DNA from: a virus
Lineage: Duplodnaviria > Caudoviricetes
Strand: one strand, 5' to 3'
IMG/VR virus record: IMGVR_UViG_3300048801_000029
Span: 1-34,140 of that record
DNA length: 34,140 nucleotides
Made by a program: the position numbers and the translations under genes. Below the pieces are notes generated by a model that was given only the letters and a program-made list of their open reading frames with translations, had not been told where the DNA came from and did not search any database. Of this stretch, positions 26,219 to 34,140 are shown piece by piece. Each line of letters opens with the position of its first letter. Within the stretch, counting starts at the first letter, position 1.

Positions 26219-26680
26219 TTATTCGTCCCACATGACGGAGCACTGGAAGGTGCCGGTGGTCGCGCCAGACGCGTTCGCGTTGACGATGCACAGCCCCGCC
26301 GAAGTGGATGCCGCCACAACTATGGGGTTGTAGAAGTTCCACACCACGGACCCGCCGGCGGTGACGGCCATCGCGCCCGACCCCAGCCACGCCGTCGTCG
26401 TGAACGTCGGAGCCACCGACAGGACCGAATCGAACGTTCCCACAGCGGCCGCATCGGACGGGTCGAACGGCAACCCCGCCAAGGTGGTCGTGGCCGTGCC
26501 GATGGCCGTTGACCTGGCCAGGTAGAACGCGGGGGCCGTCGTCGGGGCGACGGCGATACTCACGATGATCTGCGTGATGGCCAGTCGGGTCGTGGTCGCC
26601 GTCGGGCGCAGCTGGAAGTAGCAGGTGTTCGCCGTGTTCACGCCGGCCTTCGACGCGCCCGCCCCATACGTCCCGGCCAT
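26219..26680 (-). CDS. Putative virion structural protein
   Basis: Thr/Ala-rich beta protein ending WDE; tiles the operon. Confidence 0.65.
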   Translation of the reverse strand: MAGTYGAGASKAGVNTANTCYFQLRPTATTTRLAITQIIVSIAVAPTTAPAFYLARSTAIGTATTTLAGLPFDPSDAAAVGTFDSVLSVAPTFTTTAWLGSGAMAVTAGGSVVWNFYNPIVVAASTSAGLCIVNANASGATTGTFQCSVMWDE

Positions 26681-26681
26681 G

Positions 26682-27059
26682 TCAGGCCGCGATCGGGGTG
26701 AACGACAGGGTCAGCGCGGACACTGTCAGGGTCGAACCGGAGATGACGGGGACGGCGGCCGACAAGGCTAACGACCATTCCATGTTCCCAGCGGTGGACG
26801 CATCCCAGAGGGACAGGTGGGTGACGGTCTCGGTCGCCGTCATCGTCCAAGACGCCAGGGCTGACATCGCCATCGACCCCGCCGATGGGGCAGCCCAGGT
26901 GACGCCGTTGCGGGTTACCATGGTCGAGGCGTTCGCCGCACCAGCCGCACCCGGGTCACCGAGGTGCAGCTTCGCGTACACGGTGATGCCGGTGTAGGTG
27001 GTGCCCCGGAAGACACCCAGCAACTCATTCGCGTGGGTGGCCGAGATGCCGATGGTCAC
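26682..27059 (-). CDS. Putative virion structural protein
   Basis: LHLGDPG...VTHLSLWDASTAGN pattern, as I recall from actinophage minor structural proteins. Confidence 0.7.
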   Translation of the reverse strand: MTIGISATHANELLGVFRGTTYTGITVYAKLHLGDPGAAGAANASTMVTRNGVTWAAPSAGSMAMSALASWTMTATETVTHLSLWDASTAGNMEWSLALSAAVPVISGSTLTVSALTLSFTPIAA

Positions 27060-27277
27060 GGGGTCCCTCCAGTGGCGGCCTGCGCCTGATGCTCGATGTA
27101 GCTGACGATGAACTCGTCCGGGAACGGCTGCCCCGGATCGAATACGAAGTCGGGGGCGTGCTGGGCGAGGAACTCGGACCCGCCCGGGACATCACGAATC
27201 GGGGGGTGCACAACGGTCACGACGGCGGACCCGTACAACGGGAGCGCCGGGACCGGCTCGGGCAGCTGCTCGGTCAT
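27056..27277 (-). CDS. Hypothetical protein
   Basis: Coupled to neighbours at both ends; 73 aa. Confidence 0.65.
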   Translation of the reverse strand: MTEQLPEPVPALPLYGSAVVTVVHPPIRDVPGGSEFLAQHAPDFVFDPGQPFPDEFIVSYIEHQAQAATGGTP

Positions 27278-27489
27278 GAGTTGGGATCTCCAGCCTTACG
27301 GGGCCGACCACGGCGGACCGGGCCATCCTGCGGTTCCGGCTCATACTTCGCGAGTTCATTGCGCACCAATTGGGCGCGCTCCTCACGGTTCAGGTGATGT
27401 ACCGACCAGTCAAGCAGGCCGGCCAGCTCCACCCGAAGGGCCGCCACATAGGCGGCCCTCGAGTTCGGCTCGGTAGCCTCGGCGGTCAT
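27274..27489 (-). CDS. Small protein with AT-hook-like RRGRPRK
   Basis: ATG 27489 (TGATG overlap); MTAEATEPNSRAAYVAALRVEL... Confidence 0.65.
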   Translation of the reverse strand: MTAEATEPNSRAAYVAALRVELAGLLDWSVHHLNREERAQLVRNELAKYEPEPQDGPVRRGRPRKAGDPNS

Positions 27490-28049
27490 CAGTTGACGAC
27501 CACGTACGGGATGGTCGCAGCGGCCGCGAAGGTGACGCCGGTCGTCGGCAGGGTGGTCTGCGCCGAACCGTAGGTCGCGGCCATCGCCTTGTCCGTGGTG
27601 AGCGGCTGGGCCGAACCAGCCAGAGCGAGGGTCATGCCGATCAGGGTCGGGGCGGTGGTCGCGACAACCAGGATACCGACGTAGTAGACGCCGGCCTGGG
27701 GCACCACGTAGGGGGCGGTCATGCTGAACGACTTCACGGTGTTCGCCGCCCACGCCGCCGTGGTCGCGTCCGCCGAGGCGGCCAGCAGGACACCGGCGGC
27801 CGAGTACAACCCAACCAGCTGATTCAGCGGGGTGACGGCGGCGGTCGCGCCGGACTTCAGGCTGACGGTCGAAACGACATCACCCTCAACGAGGGCGATG
27901 GCGGCCAGCTTCAGGACACCGGTCGCCAGGGCGGCCGAGTCGGAGCCGAGGCCGAGACGGGGGATGTTCCGCCGGTCAGTCCCCGCCGGGGACGCGGCCA
28001 GTAGCCATTCGGCGTTCTTGGTCTGGTAGTGCGAGTTCGTGAGAGGCAC
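27489..28049 (-). CDS. Putative capsid decoration protein
   Basis: Directly after the capsid gene; RBS AAGGAG; Ala/Thr-rich beta protein. Confidence 0.6.
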   Translation of the reverse strand: MPLTNSHYQTKNAEWLLAASPAGTDRRNIPRLGLGSDSAALATGVLKLAAIALVEGDVVSTVSLKSGATAAVTPLNQLVGLYSAAGVLLAASADATTAAWAANTVKSFSMTAPYVVPQAGVYYVGILVVATTAPTLIGMTLALAGSAQPLTTDKAMAATYGSAQTTLPTTGVTFAAAATIPYVVVN

Positions 28050-28072
28050 TTCAGGTTCTCCTTCGGGAGTAC

Positions 28073-28110
28073 GGTCCGGGCGACGGCGGGGGCACGTCGT
28101 CGCCCGGACC
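28073..28110 (-). terminator. Hairpin after major capsid gene
   Basis: ggtccgggcgacggcg-ggggca-cgtcgtcgcccggacc, 16-bp near-perfect stem. Confidence 0.65.
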
Positions 28111-28123
28111 TGTCAGGTAAGTC

Positions 28124-29566
28124 TTAGAAACCGGTCGGGGAGACGGTGCCGGTGCCGGTGATGGCGGAAAGGGACTTCGGGAACCGGTTGTTGATCATGG
28201 CGGCGTAGTTGTACAACTGCACCCTGACCTGCAATGTTCCGGAAAGGACCTCGGTCAGCACGCGGGTCCGGAGGGCACCCTCAAAAAGATAGGTGTCCTT
28301 GAACTTCGCGGCCAGAACATAATCCTGGTTGGTCGCGTAGGTGGACGGCATGTTCGCGTCGATGTAGATCGGGGTACCCAACACCTCGCCAACCAGGCCC
28401 TCAGCGTTCAGGTCCAACTGGCCAGCCGAGTTGAAGCCGGGAGCGCCACGGGGGACGACCAGCGGCCGGTTCGCGGTGTCCAACTGGGTAGCCAAGAAGT
28501 ACCAGCGTTGCGGCGTCATGGTGATGGCGTCGATCATCTGGAAACGCTGACGGGCCACGAGGGATGCGGCCTTACCGAAGTAGGGGTACATCTCCGGCAG
28601 GGTCGGGGAACCCGAGGAGTAGGTGACGGTGTTGCCGCTGGCGATGGCGGTGGTGAAGATACCAGTCAGGATGTCCGAGGTGCCGTTGGCGTAGATGGCC
28701 AGCTGGTCGATCTTCTGCGTGTACGCGGAAGCGAGGTCCTGAGCCATCACCGAGTCGAAGCCGGCGGACACGGGGGACTGCTCCAGCAACTGGAGGGCGA
28801 TGTCGACCTGGCCGGCCACGGTGGCGACGGGGCTGGACACGAACGCGTCGGTCGGGTCCTGCGAGGTCACAGCGCCATTGTCAGTCTGCAAGCCAACGGC
28901 GGTGCCGATGGACAACTTCGGCAGGTTGATGCTGTCGGTGCCGCCCGGCAAGTCGAAGTGAGTCATCCGGTCCGCGACGGTGCGACCTGCACGCAGGTAG
29001 GGGACGAACTCATCGACCAGCCACAGTGGTGGGACGAAGTAGCCGCCGGACCCGTCGACGCGGGAGGCGTTCGCGCGAGCCTCGCCGGCCGCGCGCTTGT
29101 GGGCGCCGCCCCGGAAGTCATTCGCGATGTCCTGCTTCGGCACGTTGGCCAACATGTTCGCGTGGTCGTTGAGCCGGCGCTGAGCGTCGAAACCCTCAGG
29201 GGAACCGGCCTGGCGGGTGGCGGTGATCAGGTCCCTGAAGTAGGACCGCTCGAACTGGGACTCGCGGGTGTAGACGAGGTCCTTGCCTTGCACGTAGCCC
29301 GACCCGGTGCGGCGCTGACCTTCGGCGTCTTCGGTCTGCTGGGCGCGGGCGGCGGAGGCGTCAACGGCGGCGCGGCGCCGGTCGTCGGCCTCAAGGTCGG
29401 CGATACGCGCATCCAACTGGTCGCGCTGCGCCCGGAAGGCGGTGGCCTTCGCGGTCTCATCGTCTGTGAGGGTGGCGCGGTTCTCGGAAGCGACGAAGTT
29501 CTCCAAGGCGCGCAACGACGCCTCAACTTCGGCCAGGGCCTTCCGGGCCAATTCCAGGGGGTTCAC
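28124..29566 (-). CDS. HK97-fold major capsid protein with N-terminal delta domain
   Basis: Coiled-coil N-terminus; GGYFVPP, QLLEQS and LGTPIYID motifs; RBS AGGAG. Confidence 0.92.
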   Translation of the reverse strand: MNPLELARKALAEVEASLRALENFVASENRATLTDDETAKATAFRAQRDQLDARIADLEADDRRRAAVDASAARAQQTEDAEGQRRTGSGYVQGKDLVYTRESQFERSYFRDLITATRQAGSPEGFDAQRRLNDHANMLANVPKQDIANDFRGGAHKRAAGEARANASRVDGSGGYFVPPLWLVDEFVPYLRAGRTVADRMTHFDLPGGTDSINLPKLSIGTAVGLQTDNGAVTSQDPTDAFVSSPVATVAGQVDIALQLLEQSPVSAGFDSVMAQDLASAYTQKIDQLAIYANGTSDILTGIFTTAIASGNTVTYSSGSPTLPEMYPYFGKAASLVARQRFQMIDAITMTPQRWYFLATQLDTANRPLVVPRGAPGFNSAGQLDLNAEGLVGEVLGTPIYIDANMPSTYATNQDYVLAAKFKDTYLFEGALRTRVLTEVLSGTLQVRVQLYNYAAMINNRFPKSLSAITGTGTVSPTGF

Positions 29567-29664
29567 AAGGGGCTCCTAGTTGAGATGGGACTGCACTCTA
29601 ACCTCAGGTAGACCCGTAGTGAACTCATCGCTGGAGTTCGGCTACTGTCCGGCGTTCGGTGTTA

Positions 29665-30642
29665 CTACCGGGATCGTACCGCACGATCCTGGATCAGGCG
29701 CAAGTAATCCAGCGACATCCCAGAACGGTCCTCGGGAGCGGGGGATTCTTCGCCCAACTCCTCGACCTCGCCCGGTTCCTCCACCTCGCCCGGCTCATCA
29801 CAGTCCGGGTTCGGCAGGCCGAGGATCTGGGCGAGCAACGGTTGGGCGGCGTCCAGGGCCACATCGGCGGCGCTGATCAGACCAAGCACACCGGCCAGGG
29901 CGGCCTTCGCCTCCTCGCTGACACCACCGGACTTCGTTTCACGTGAAACCCACGCACTCACGAACTCGGCCGCGCCGGACTCGATGATGGCCTGGCCGGA
30001 GCGCAACCCGATCGTCCCCGTTGTCGCCGGGTTCGCCGGGTGAGTCACCACGGACACGTCCCCGCCGTTCATGTCCAGCTCGGTGATGGTGCGCTCCGTG
30101 TAGTCGCCGCTCCAGTCCTGCCGCGTCACCCAGAAGGCGAAGCTCATGGCGTCCAACTCGCCCCGCTCAACGGCGGACCGGATGATGTGCACGTCCGCCC
30201 TAGTCGGGTCCATGCGCGCCTTCATCGTCCCGTCGGGGTAAACGTCCAGCGAACCAGCCGTCTTCGTCCTGGCTAAGGGTGTGCCGTCCCAGTTGTGATT
30301 CAGCACGAACTGGATGTCGGCCGCCTCATTCAGGGTCTTCGCCAGGGCGCCGGGGCTGATCCGCTCCACGTAGGAGTCGAAGAAGTCCTGCACCGTGTAC
30401 GGGTGGCCGAGGACAGTGAACGCACCCGTGAACTCAACGGACTCGCCGCCCGTACCCGATGGTACGCTTCGGGCCGTCAACGCGCCGATGTCGCCCATGG
30501 GCGCAGACAGTACGTTGACACCGGACCCCTGGCGCATGACGGCGCGAAGGAAACGCGGGTCACCCGCCATCGCGCCACGCTGCAACATGGCGGGGGTGAG
30601 GATTCCCCCGCGACGAACCTTGACTCTCGCCACCTTACCCAC
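29665..30642 (-). CDS. HK97-family prohead protease
   Basis: ERISPGAL, LNHNW, PLART, MSFAF and DVSVVTHPANP motifs. Confidence 0.9.
   Translation of the reverse strand: MGKVARVKVRRGGILTPAMLQRGAMAGDPRFLRAVMRQGSGVNVLSAPMGDIGALTARSVPSGTGGESVEFTGAFTVLGHPYTVQDFFDSYVERISPGALAKTLNEAADIQFVLNHNWDGTPLARTKTAGSLDVYPDGTMKARMDPTRADVHIIRSAVERGELDAMSFAFWVTRQDWSGDYTERTITELDMNGGDVSVVTHPANPATTGTIGLRSGQAIIESGAAEFVSAWVSRETKSGGVSEEAKAALAGVLGLISAADVALDAAQPLLAQILGLPNPDCDEPGEVEEPGEVEELGEESPAPEDRSGMSLDYLRLIQDRAVRSR
29936..29949. promoter_or_regulatory. parS site
   Basis: GTTTCACGTGAAAC, the perfect palindrome of the Streptomyces/Mycobacterium parS consensus. Confidence 0.82.
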
Positions 30643-31915
30643 CCATCAGATCGGACTCTTTTTCACGGCCAGTACCGGAGTCATCCTTGGCGCCGCCGCC
30701 CGCTTTATTGTCGCTGGCCGAGTTCGTGTTGAACGGCAAACCGTAGTTATCCCCGTCGTCACCGGGGATCGGCGCCCAGCCCTCGGCGGCCCGCACCTCG
30801 TTGACGCTCCGCGCGCCAATGAGTCGGTGCACCTGCGCCACCTGCGCCCGCTCCACGTCATTGGCGCGAAGCAGTTCGGCGAAGTCGTAGCGCATCTTCG
30901 TGCGCTCCCCGCCGGGGATCATGCGCTTCCAATGCGACTCGAAGACCTTGCAGGTCGGCATCAAAGAGTGTGAGGCGTACTCCTGATCCATCGTGTCAAG
31001 ACCTTTCGCGGCCGTCGGCGCACCAGTCTTCGGTGAGGACTGGATGCGTTGCAACGGAACCCCGAACCAGCCACAGATGTCCTCGCGCAGGAACTGCCCC
31101 GTCTCCAGGAACTGGGCGTTGTCCGGGGTGACGCTCAGCTGCTGCCACTTCGCGCCACCGAACATCACGGCCGGCTTATGCGCGTTAGCGACACCCGAGT
31201 GGCCACCCATCCACGCCTCTTGGATCTGGCGGGCCTTCGCGCTATTGCCCATGCCGGGCACAGAGATGATGCCCGAAGGGGTCGCGGCGTTACGGTAGAA
31301 ACCGGCGCCGTAAGTGTTCCGGTCCGACGCCATACCCCACACGACGCGCTGATAAGTCACCGGGTCAATGCCGGTCAGCGCCCCAGGTGGGGACAAGTTC
31401 TTCAAGTGCAAGATGCGATAACGCTCAACATCCTCACCCTCGATGGTGTACGTCACGACACCGGTCTCCCGGTGCCGACGCACCTTCACCCGGTCAGGGT
31501 GCATCGGGTTGAGCAGGGTCGGATTGCCCTGCGAGTCCCATTCCAGGATCTCGCAGATGGCGTTACCCCGAAGTTCATAGGAGAAATACAACTGCTTCAT
31601 GCCCTCGACCGGGTCAAGGTCGGGGCCGAACGGCTCCGTGATGATGCGCGGCTGCTGCTTCATCGGGCGCGCCTCATTGCCCAAGCCTTCGAACGCGACC
31701 ATCGGCAGGATGCTCAGGTCCTGGCTCTTCACCTTCACACAGGAAAGCACAGTTGAGACGCCCAGGGCGCCCTTCTCCGTGAGCGCCTGGCCGGTACCGG
31801 AGAGAGAGAGCAACGCCGAGTTCGGCGGGATCGAACTGTCGCCCCACTGCGCCGAACGCATGGTCGCGGCACCGGAGCCGAACATGTTCCCGATGGCGCG
31901 CTGAAGCATCGTCAC
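30635..31915 (-). CDS. HK97-family portal protein
   Basis: LRGNA, HPDRV, ILHLK, AQFLET, FGVP and NEVRAAEG motifs. Confidence 0.93.
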   Translation of the reverse strand: MTMLQRAIGNMFGSGAATMRSAQWGDSSIPPNSALLSLSGTGQALTEKGALGVSTVLSCVKVKSQDLSILPMVAFEGLGNEARPMKQQPRIITEPFGPDLDPVEGMKQLYFSYELRGNAICEILEWDSQGNPTLLNPMHPDRVKVRRHRETGVVTYTIEGEDVERYRILHLKNLSPPGALTGIDPVTYQRVVWGMASDRNTYGAGFYRNAATPSGIISVPGMGNSAKARQIQEAWMGGHSGVANAHKPAVMFGGAKWQQLSVTPDNAQFLETGQFLREDICGWFGVPLQRIQSSPKTGAPTAAKGLDTMDQEYASHSLMPTCKVFESHWKRMIPGGERTKMRYDFAELLRANDVERAQVAQVHRLIGARSVNEVRAAEGWAPIPGDDGDNYGLPFNTNSASDNKAGGGAKDDSGTGREKESDLMGG

Positions 31916-32136
31916 GACTGACCCACCATGGCGAAGAACTCGTCAGCGGTCAGGTCGTCCTCGCTGGGGGCTGGCTTGCGTGCTCTCGTCGGGAACTGGA
32001 CGACGGTGGTGAAGGCGAAGCCGACCAGCAGGCAGGACAGGGCGGCCAGGAGGATAGCCCAGCGGAAGCCGAACGTCCCGGCGAAGGCGACAAGGAGCGC
32101 CAGCCCGACCACGTGCAGCAGATCACCAACTCGCAT
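31912..32136 (-). CDS. Small membrane protein between terL and portal
   Basis: ATG 32136 with RBS GGAGG; two hydrophobic segments. Confidence 0.7.
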   Translation of the reverse strand: MRVGDLLHVVGLALLVAFAGTFGFRWAILLAALSCLLVGFAFTTVVQFPTRARKPAPSEDDLTADEFFAMVGQS

Positions 32137-32161
32137 CAAAACCTCCTGGAGGTTGTCAAAC

Positions 32162-33643
32162 TCAACCATACATGCTAAACGATCCGAACTCACCAGTGCG
32201 GTGACCAAACAGCGCTACCGTTTCGGCCTCAATTGGGCTGATATCGGCGTGCGAGTTCTTCCGACCCCACCCCCAACCCCCATCACCGACGTCCCGCTGA
32301 CGTAGCGCGGGGATCACGTCGTCGGCGGCGGGCTGGCCGAGGTGCCGCAACTGGTTCGCCAACACATCGTCATAGAACCCGAGGCACGCGGCGGCATACT
32401 CCGCCGTCGACAGCATCCGGTACGACACCCCAGCCTCGTCCAGTAGCGGCGGCAGCGCACCCTGCGGGCCCGCCGGGTCCAATACCACCTCCCAGCCGTA
32501 CCGTTCCTGCATCTCCAGCAGGTACTCGGCCAGCCAGCCGACGCCCCCGGCATGCCGGATCACCTCGACGTGCGGCAGGCCGTCGGCACGCTGGCCGGCA
32601 ACCGCGACGGCCGCCGTCGACCTGTCCATGCCCACGGCCACACCCAGGCAGGGCGGGCGCCCCGTCATCTCCTCATCCTCACGGATGGTCGAGTTGATGT
32701 CCAGGCAGGAGAACCACACGTCTTTGGGGATGAGTGGGCGTTCCATCGACTCGACCCGAACGCACAAGTTCTCCGTCAAGTACACCTCGACCGGGTCCGT
32801 GTCGAGAGCCGAGTCGAGGGCGGACTCGTCAATCAGGTAACCCAAACTCGGGTTGGAGAACCGGCGCGCGTCGGCGCCACGTAGGGCGCACGCCTTCGAG
32901 TGCCGCTTCGTCACCCGACCACCACAGTCGCAGTCCGTCGCCGGGTCCGCCGAGTACTCGAAGAAGCCCAGGTCGGACTCCGTCGTGAGGTTCGCGCGGC
33001 CGATCTCGACCATGTGATTCAGGACCACGGACTTGTCATCGCCGGCGTTCGACAGACTCCACACTTGGGACTTGGGCCGAGCCATGGTCGTCTTCGTGCA
33101 GGCGCTCCAGGCATCCCAGTGCTGATGTTCCCGGAGTTCGTCCAGGATCACCAGGTCCGCACTCAGCCCACGGCCACCCCGCCGGTTCGCGGTCTGCACC
33201 TTGTAGCGGGACCCCGAGGAGAGGACCAGTTGCTTCTTGCCGCTGCCCTTGATGACCTCGGCCACCTCCCGGGCCAACTCCGGCACGCCCTCGGCGATGT
33301 CGACGCACGCCATCCAGGACTCTTCGGCGATGTCGAGGTTCGTCGACGTACCCACCACGAGGGCCGCCTTCGAGACGAACAGCTTCCACAGGGCCATGGT
33401 CTGGATCAGAGTGGACTTCCCGTTCTGGCGGCCGACCAGGACCACCACGTTGCGGAAGCGGTAGCGGCCGTCAGGGCGGAGCTCCAGGGCGTGCTCCAGC
33501 ATCCAGCGCTGCCACGGGATCAGCGTCACACCCAGCAGGTCCTCGGCGAACTTCGCGGCGGCGAAACCGTGGGAGGTCCTCGGCGTCAACACGCGGGCCG
33601 GCGGCGTCCACAATCGAGGGGCTTCCGACCCGTAAAGCTTCAT
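32162..33643 (-). CDS. terL: Terminase large subunit
   Basis: PWQ, GRQNGKS (Walker A), LVILDE (Walker B) and SNAG motifs; C-terminal DISP nuclease motif. Confidence 0.93.
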   Translation of the reverse strand: MKLYGSEAPRLWTPPARVLTPRTSHGFAAAKFAEDLLGVTLIPWQRWMLEHALELRPDGRYRFRNVVVLVGRQNGKSTLIQTMALWKLFVSKAALVVGTSTNLDIAEESWMACVDIAEGVPELAREVAEVIKGSGKKQLVLSSGSRYKVQTANRRGGRGLSADLVILDELREHQHWDAWSACTKTTMARPKSQVWSLSNAGDDKSVVLNHMVEIGRANLTTESDLGFFEYSADPATDCDCGGRVTKRHSKACALRGADARRFSNPSLGYLIDESALDSALDTDPVEVYLTENLCVRVESMERPLIPKDVWFSCLDINSTIREDEEMTGRPPCLGVAVGMDRSTAAVAVAGQRADGLPHVEVIRHAGGVGWLAEYLLEMQERYGWEVVLDPAGPQGALPPLLDEAGVSYRMLSTAEYAAACLGFYDDVLANQLRHLGQPAADDVIPALRQRDVGDGGWGWGRKNSHADISPIEAETVALFGHRTGEFGSFSMYG

Positions 33644-33960
33644 CCGACACCTCCGGCGCGCTCCGCGTCGGCCCGCATGAGGCTCAACTTGCCCGCCGCC
33701 GGGCGGCTCTGGTCGAGCTTCATGCGCTGCTCAGGCGTCACGCCGAGGGCCGTGAGCGTCTGCATGAGCCGTCCGGCCAGCTTGTCGGTGAGGAATTGGT
33801 CCTCAGAATCGTCAATGAGACCGGCCAGCAGACCCGAAAGGTGCAGGACAGCGGCGTCTTCCGGGCCGATCCAAGGGCACGCGGCGGCTGTCAGCTCCAC
33901 CGCACGGCGTAGCGTCTGCGGCCGGAGGGTGCTCTGAGCTGGGCGTTTACGGGGCGGCAT
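33640..33960 (-). CDS. terS: Terminase small subunit
   Basis: Directly upstream of terL (ATGA overlap); LTALGVTPEQR motif; RBS GAAGGA. Confidence 0.8.
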   Translation of the reverse strand: MPPRKRPAQSTLRPQTLRRAVELTAAACPWIGPEDAAVLHLSGLLAGLIDDSEDQFLTDKLAGRLMQTLTALGVTPEQRMKLDQSRPAAGKLSLMRADAERAGGVG

Positions 33961-33978
33961 CGAATTCCTTCGTTGGGC

Positions 33979-34007
33979 TTGACATACATCTAAGGGTATG
34001 AGACGAT
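33979..34007 (+). promoter_or_regulatory. SigA-type promoter pointing away from terS
   Basis: TTGACA-N17-GACGAT. Confidence 0.5.
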
Positions 34008-34046
34008 TCTCTTGTTGGTCGAGAGATTACTCTCCTGACACCCCAA

Positions 34047-34101
34047 CTACCACCCCCCGAGCGGGCGCCTGCCGCCTCCGCTCGGGGGGTGGTAGCTTTT
34101 T
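34047..34101 (+). terminator. Intrinsic terminator
   Basis: ctaccaccccccgagcgg / ccgctcggggggtggtag, 18-bp perfect stem followed by CTTTTT. Confidence 0.75.
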
Positions 34102-34140
34102 GTCACTTTTCGTCACCCTATGGAGAAAAAAAAGGTTTAG

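Noticed and set aside
5864-32115. Other CACGTG hexamers (near 5864, 13371, 13436, 13566, 32110) as extra parS sites
   Set aside because: They lack the GTT/AAC flanks of the consensus.
1-34140. Integrase, ParA/ParB, tRNA, reverse transcriptase/DGR, transposase
   Set aside because: No ORF shows the relevant catalytic motifs and I saw no cloverleaf or template/variable repeat pair. A highly divergent small gene could be missed by eye.

Overview
This window looks like a near-complete or complete ~34 kb GC-rich siphophage genome. An actinobacterial host is inferred from a WhiB-family gene, a GH25 lysin and leaderless promoters. The virion and lysis operon runs on the minus strand from 33960 to 14427: terS, terL, portal, HK97 protease, capsid, a six-gene accessory structural cluster, adaptor, tail tube, frameshifted chaperone, tape measure, minor tails, lysin and holin. 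Positions 1-14300 hold replication, recombination and regulatory genes: RusA, Prim-Pol/SF3 helicase, SF2 helicase, PD-(D/E)XK nuclease, a putative SSB, HNH, WhiB, HTH proteins and two small lipoproteins. I recognise no integrase, ParA/ParB or tRNA. The most striking observation is that the phage carries host-chromosome maintenance signals. Two consensus parS sites are embedded in structural genes (24834, 29936), and a perfect DnaA box sits inside a 52-bp inverted-repeat origin candidate (857-1023). This suggests an extrachromosomal phage that borrows host ParB and DnaA. All protein calls come from motif recognition by eye; no searches were run.
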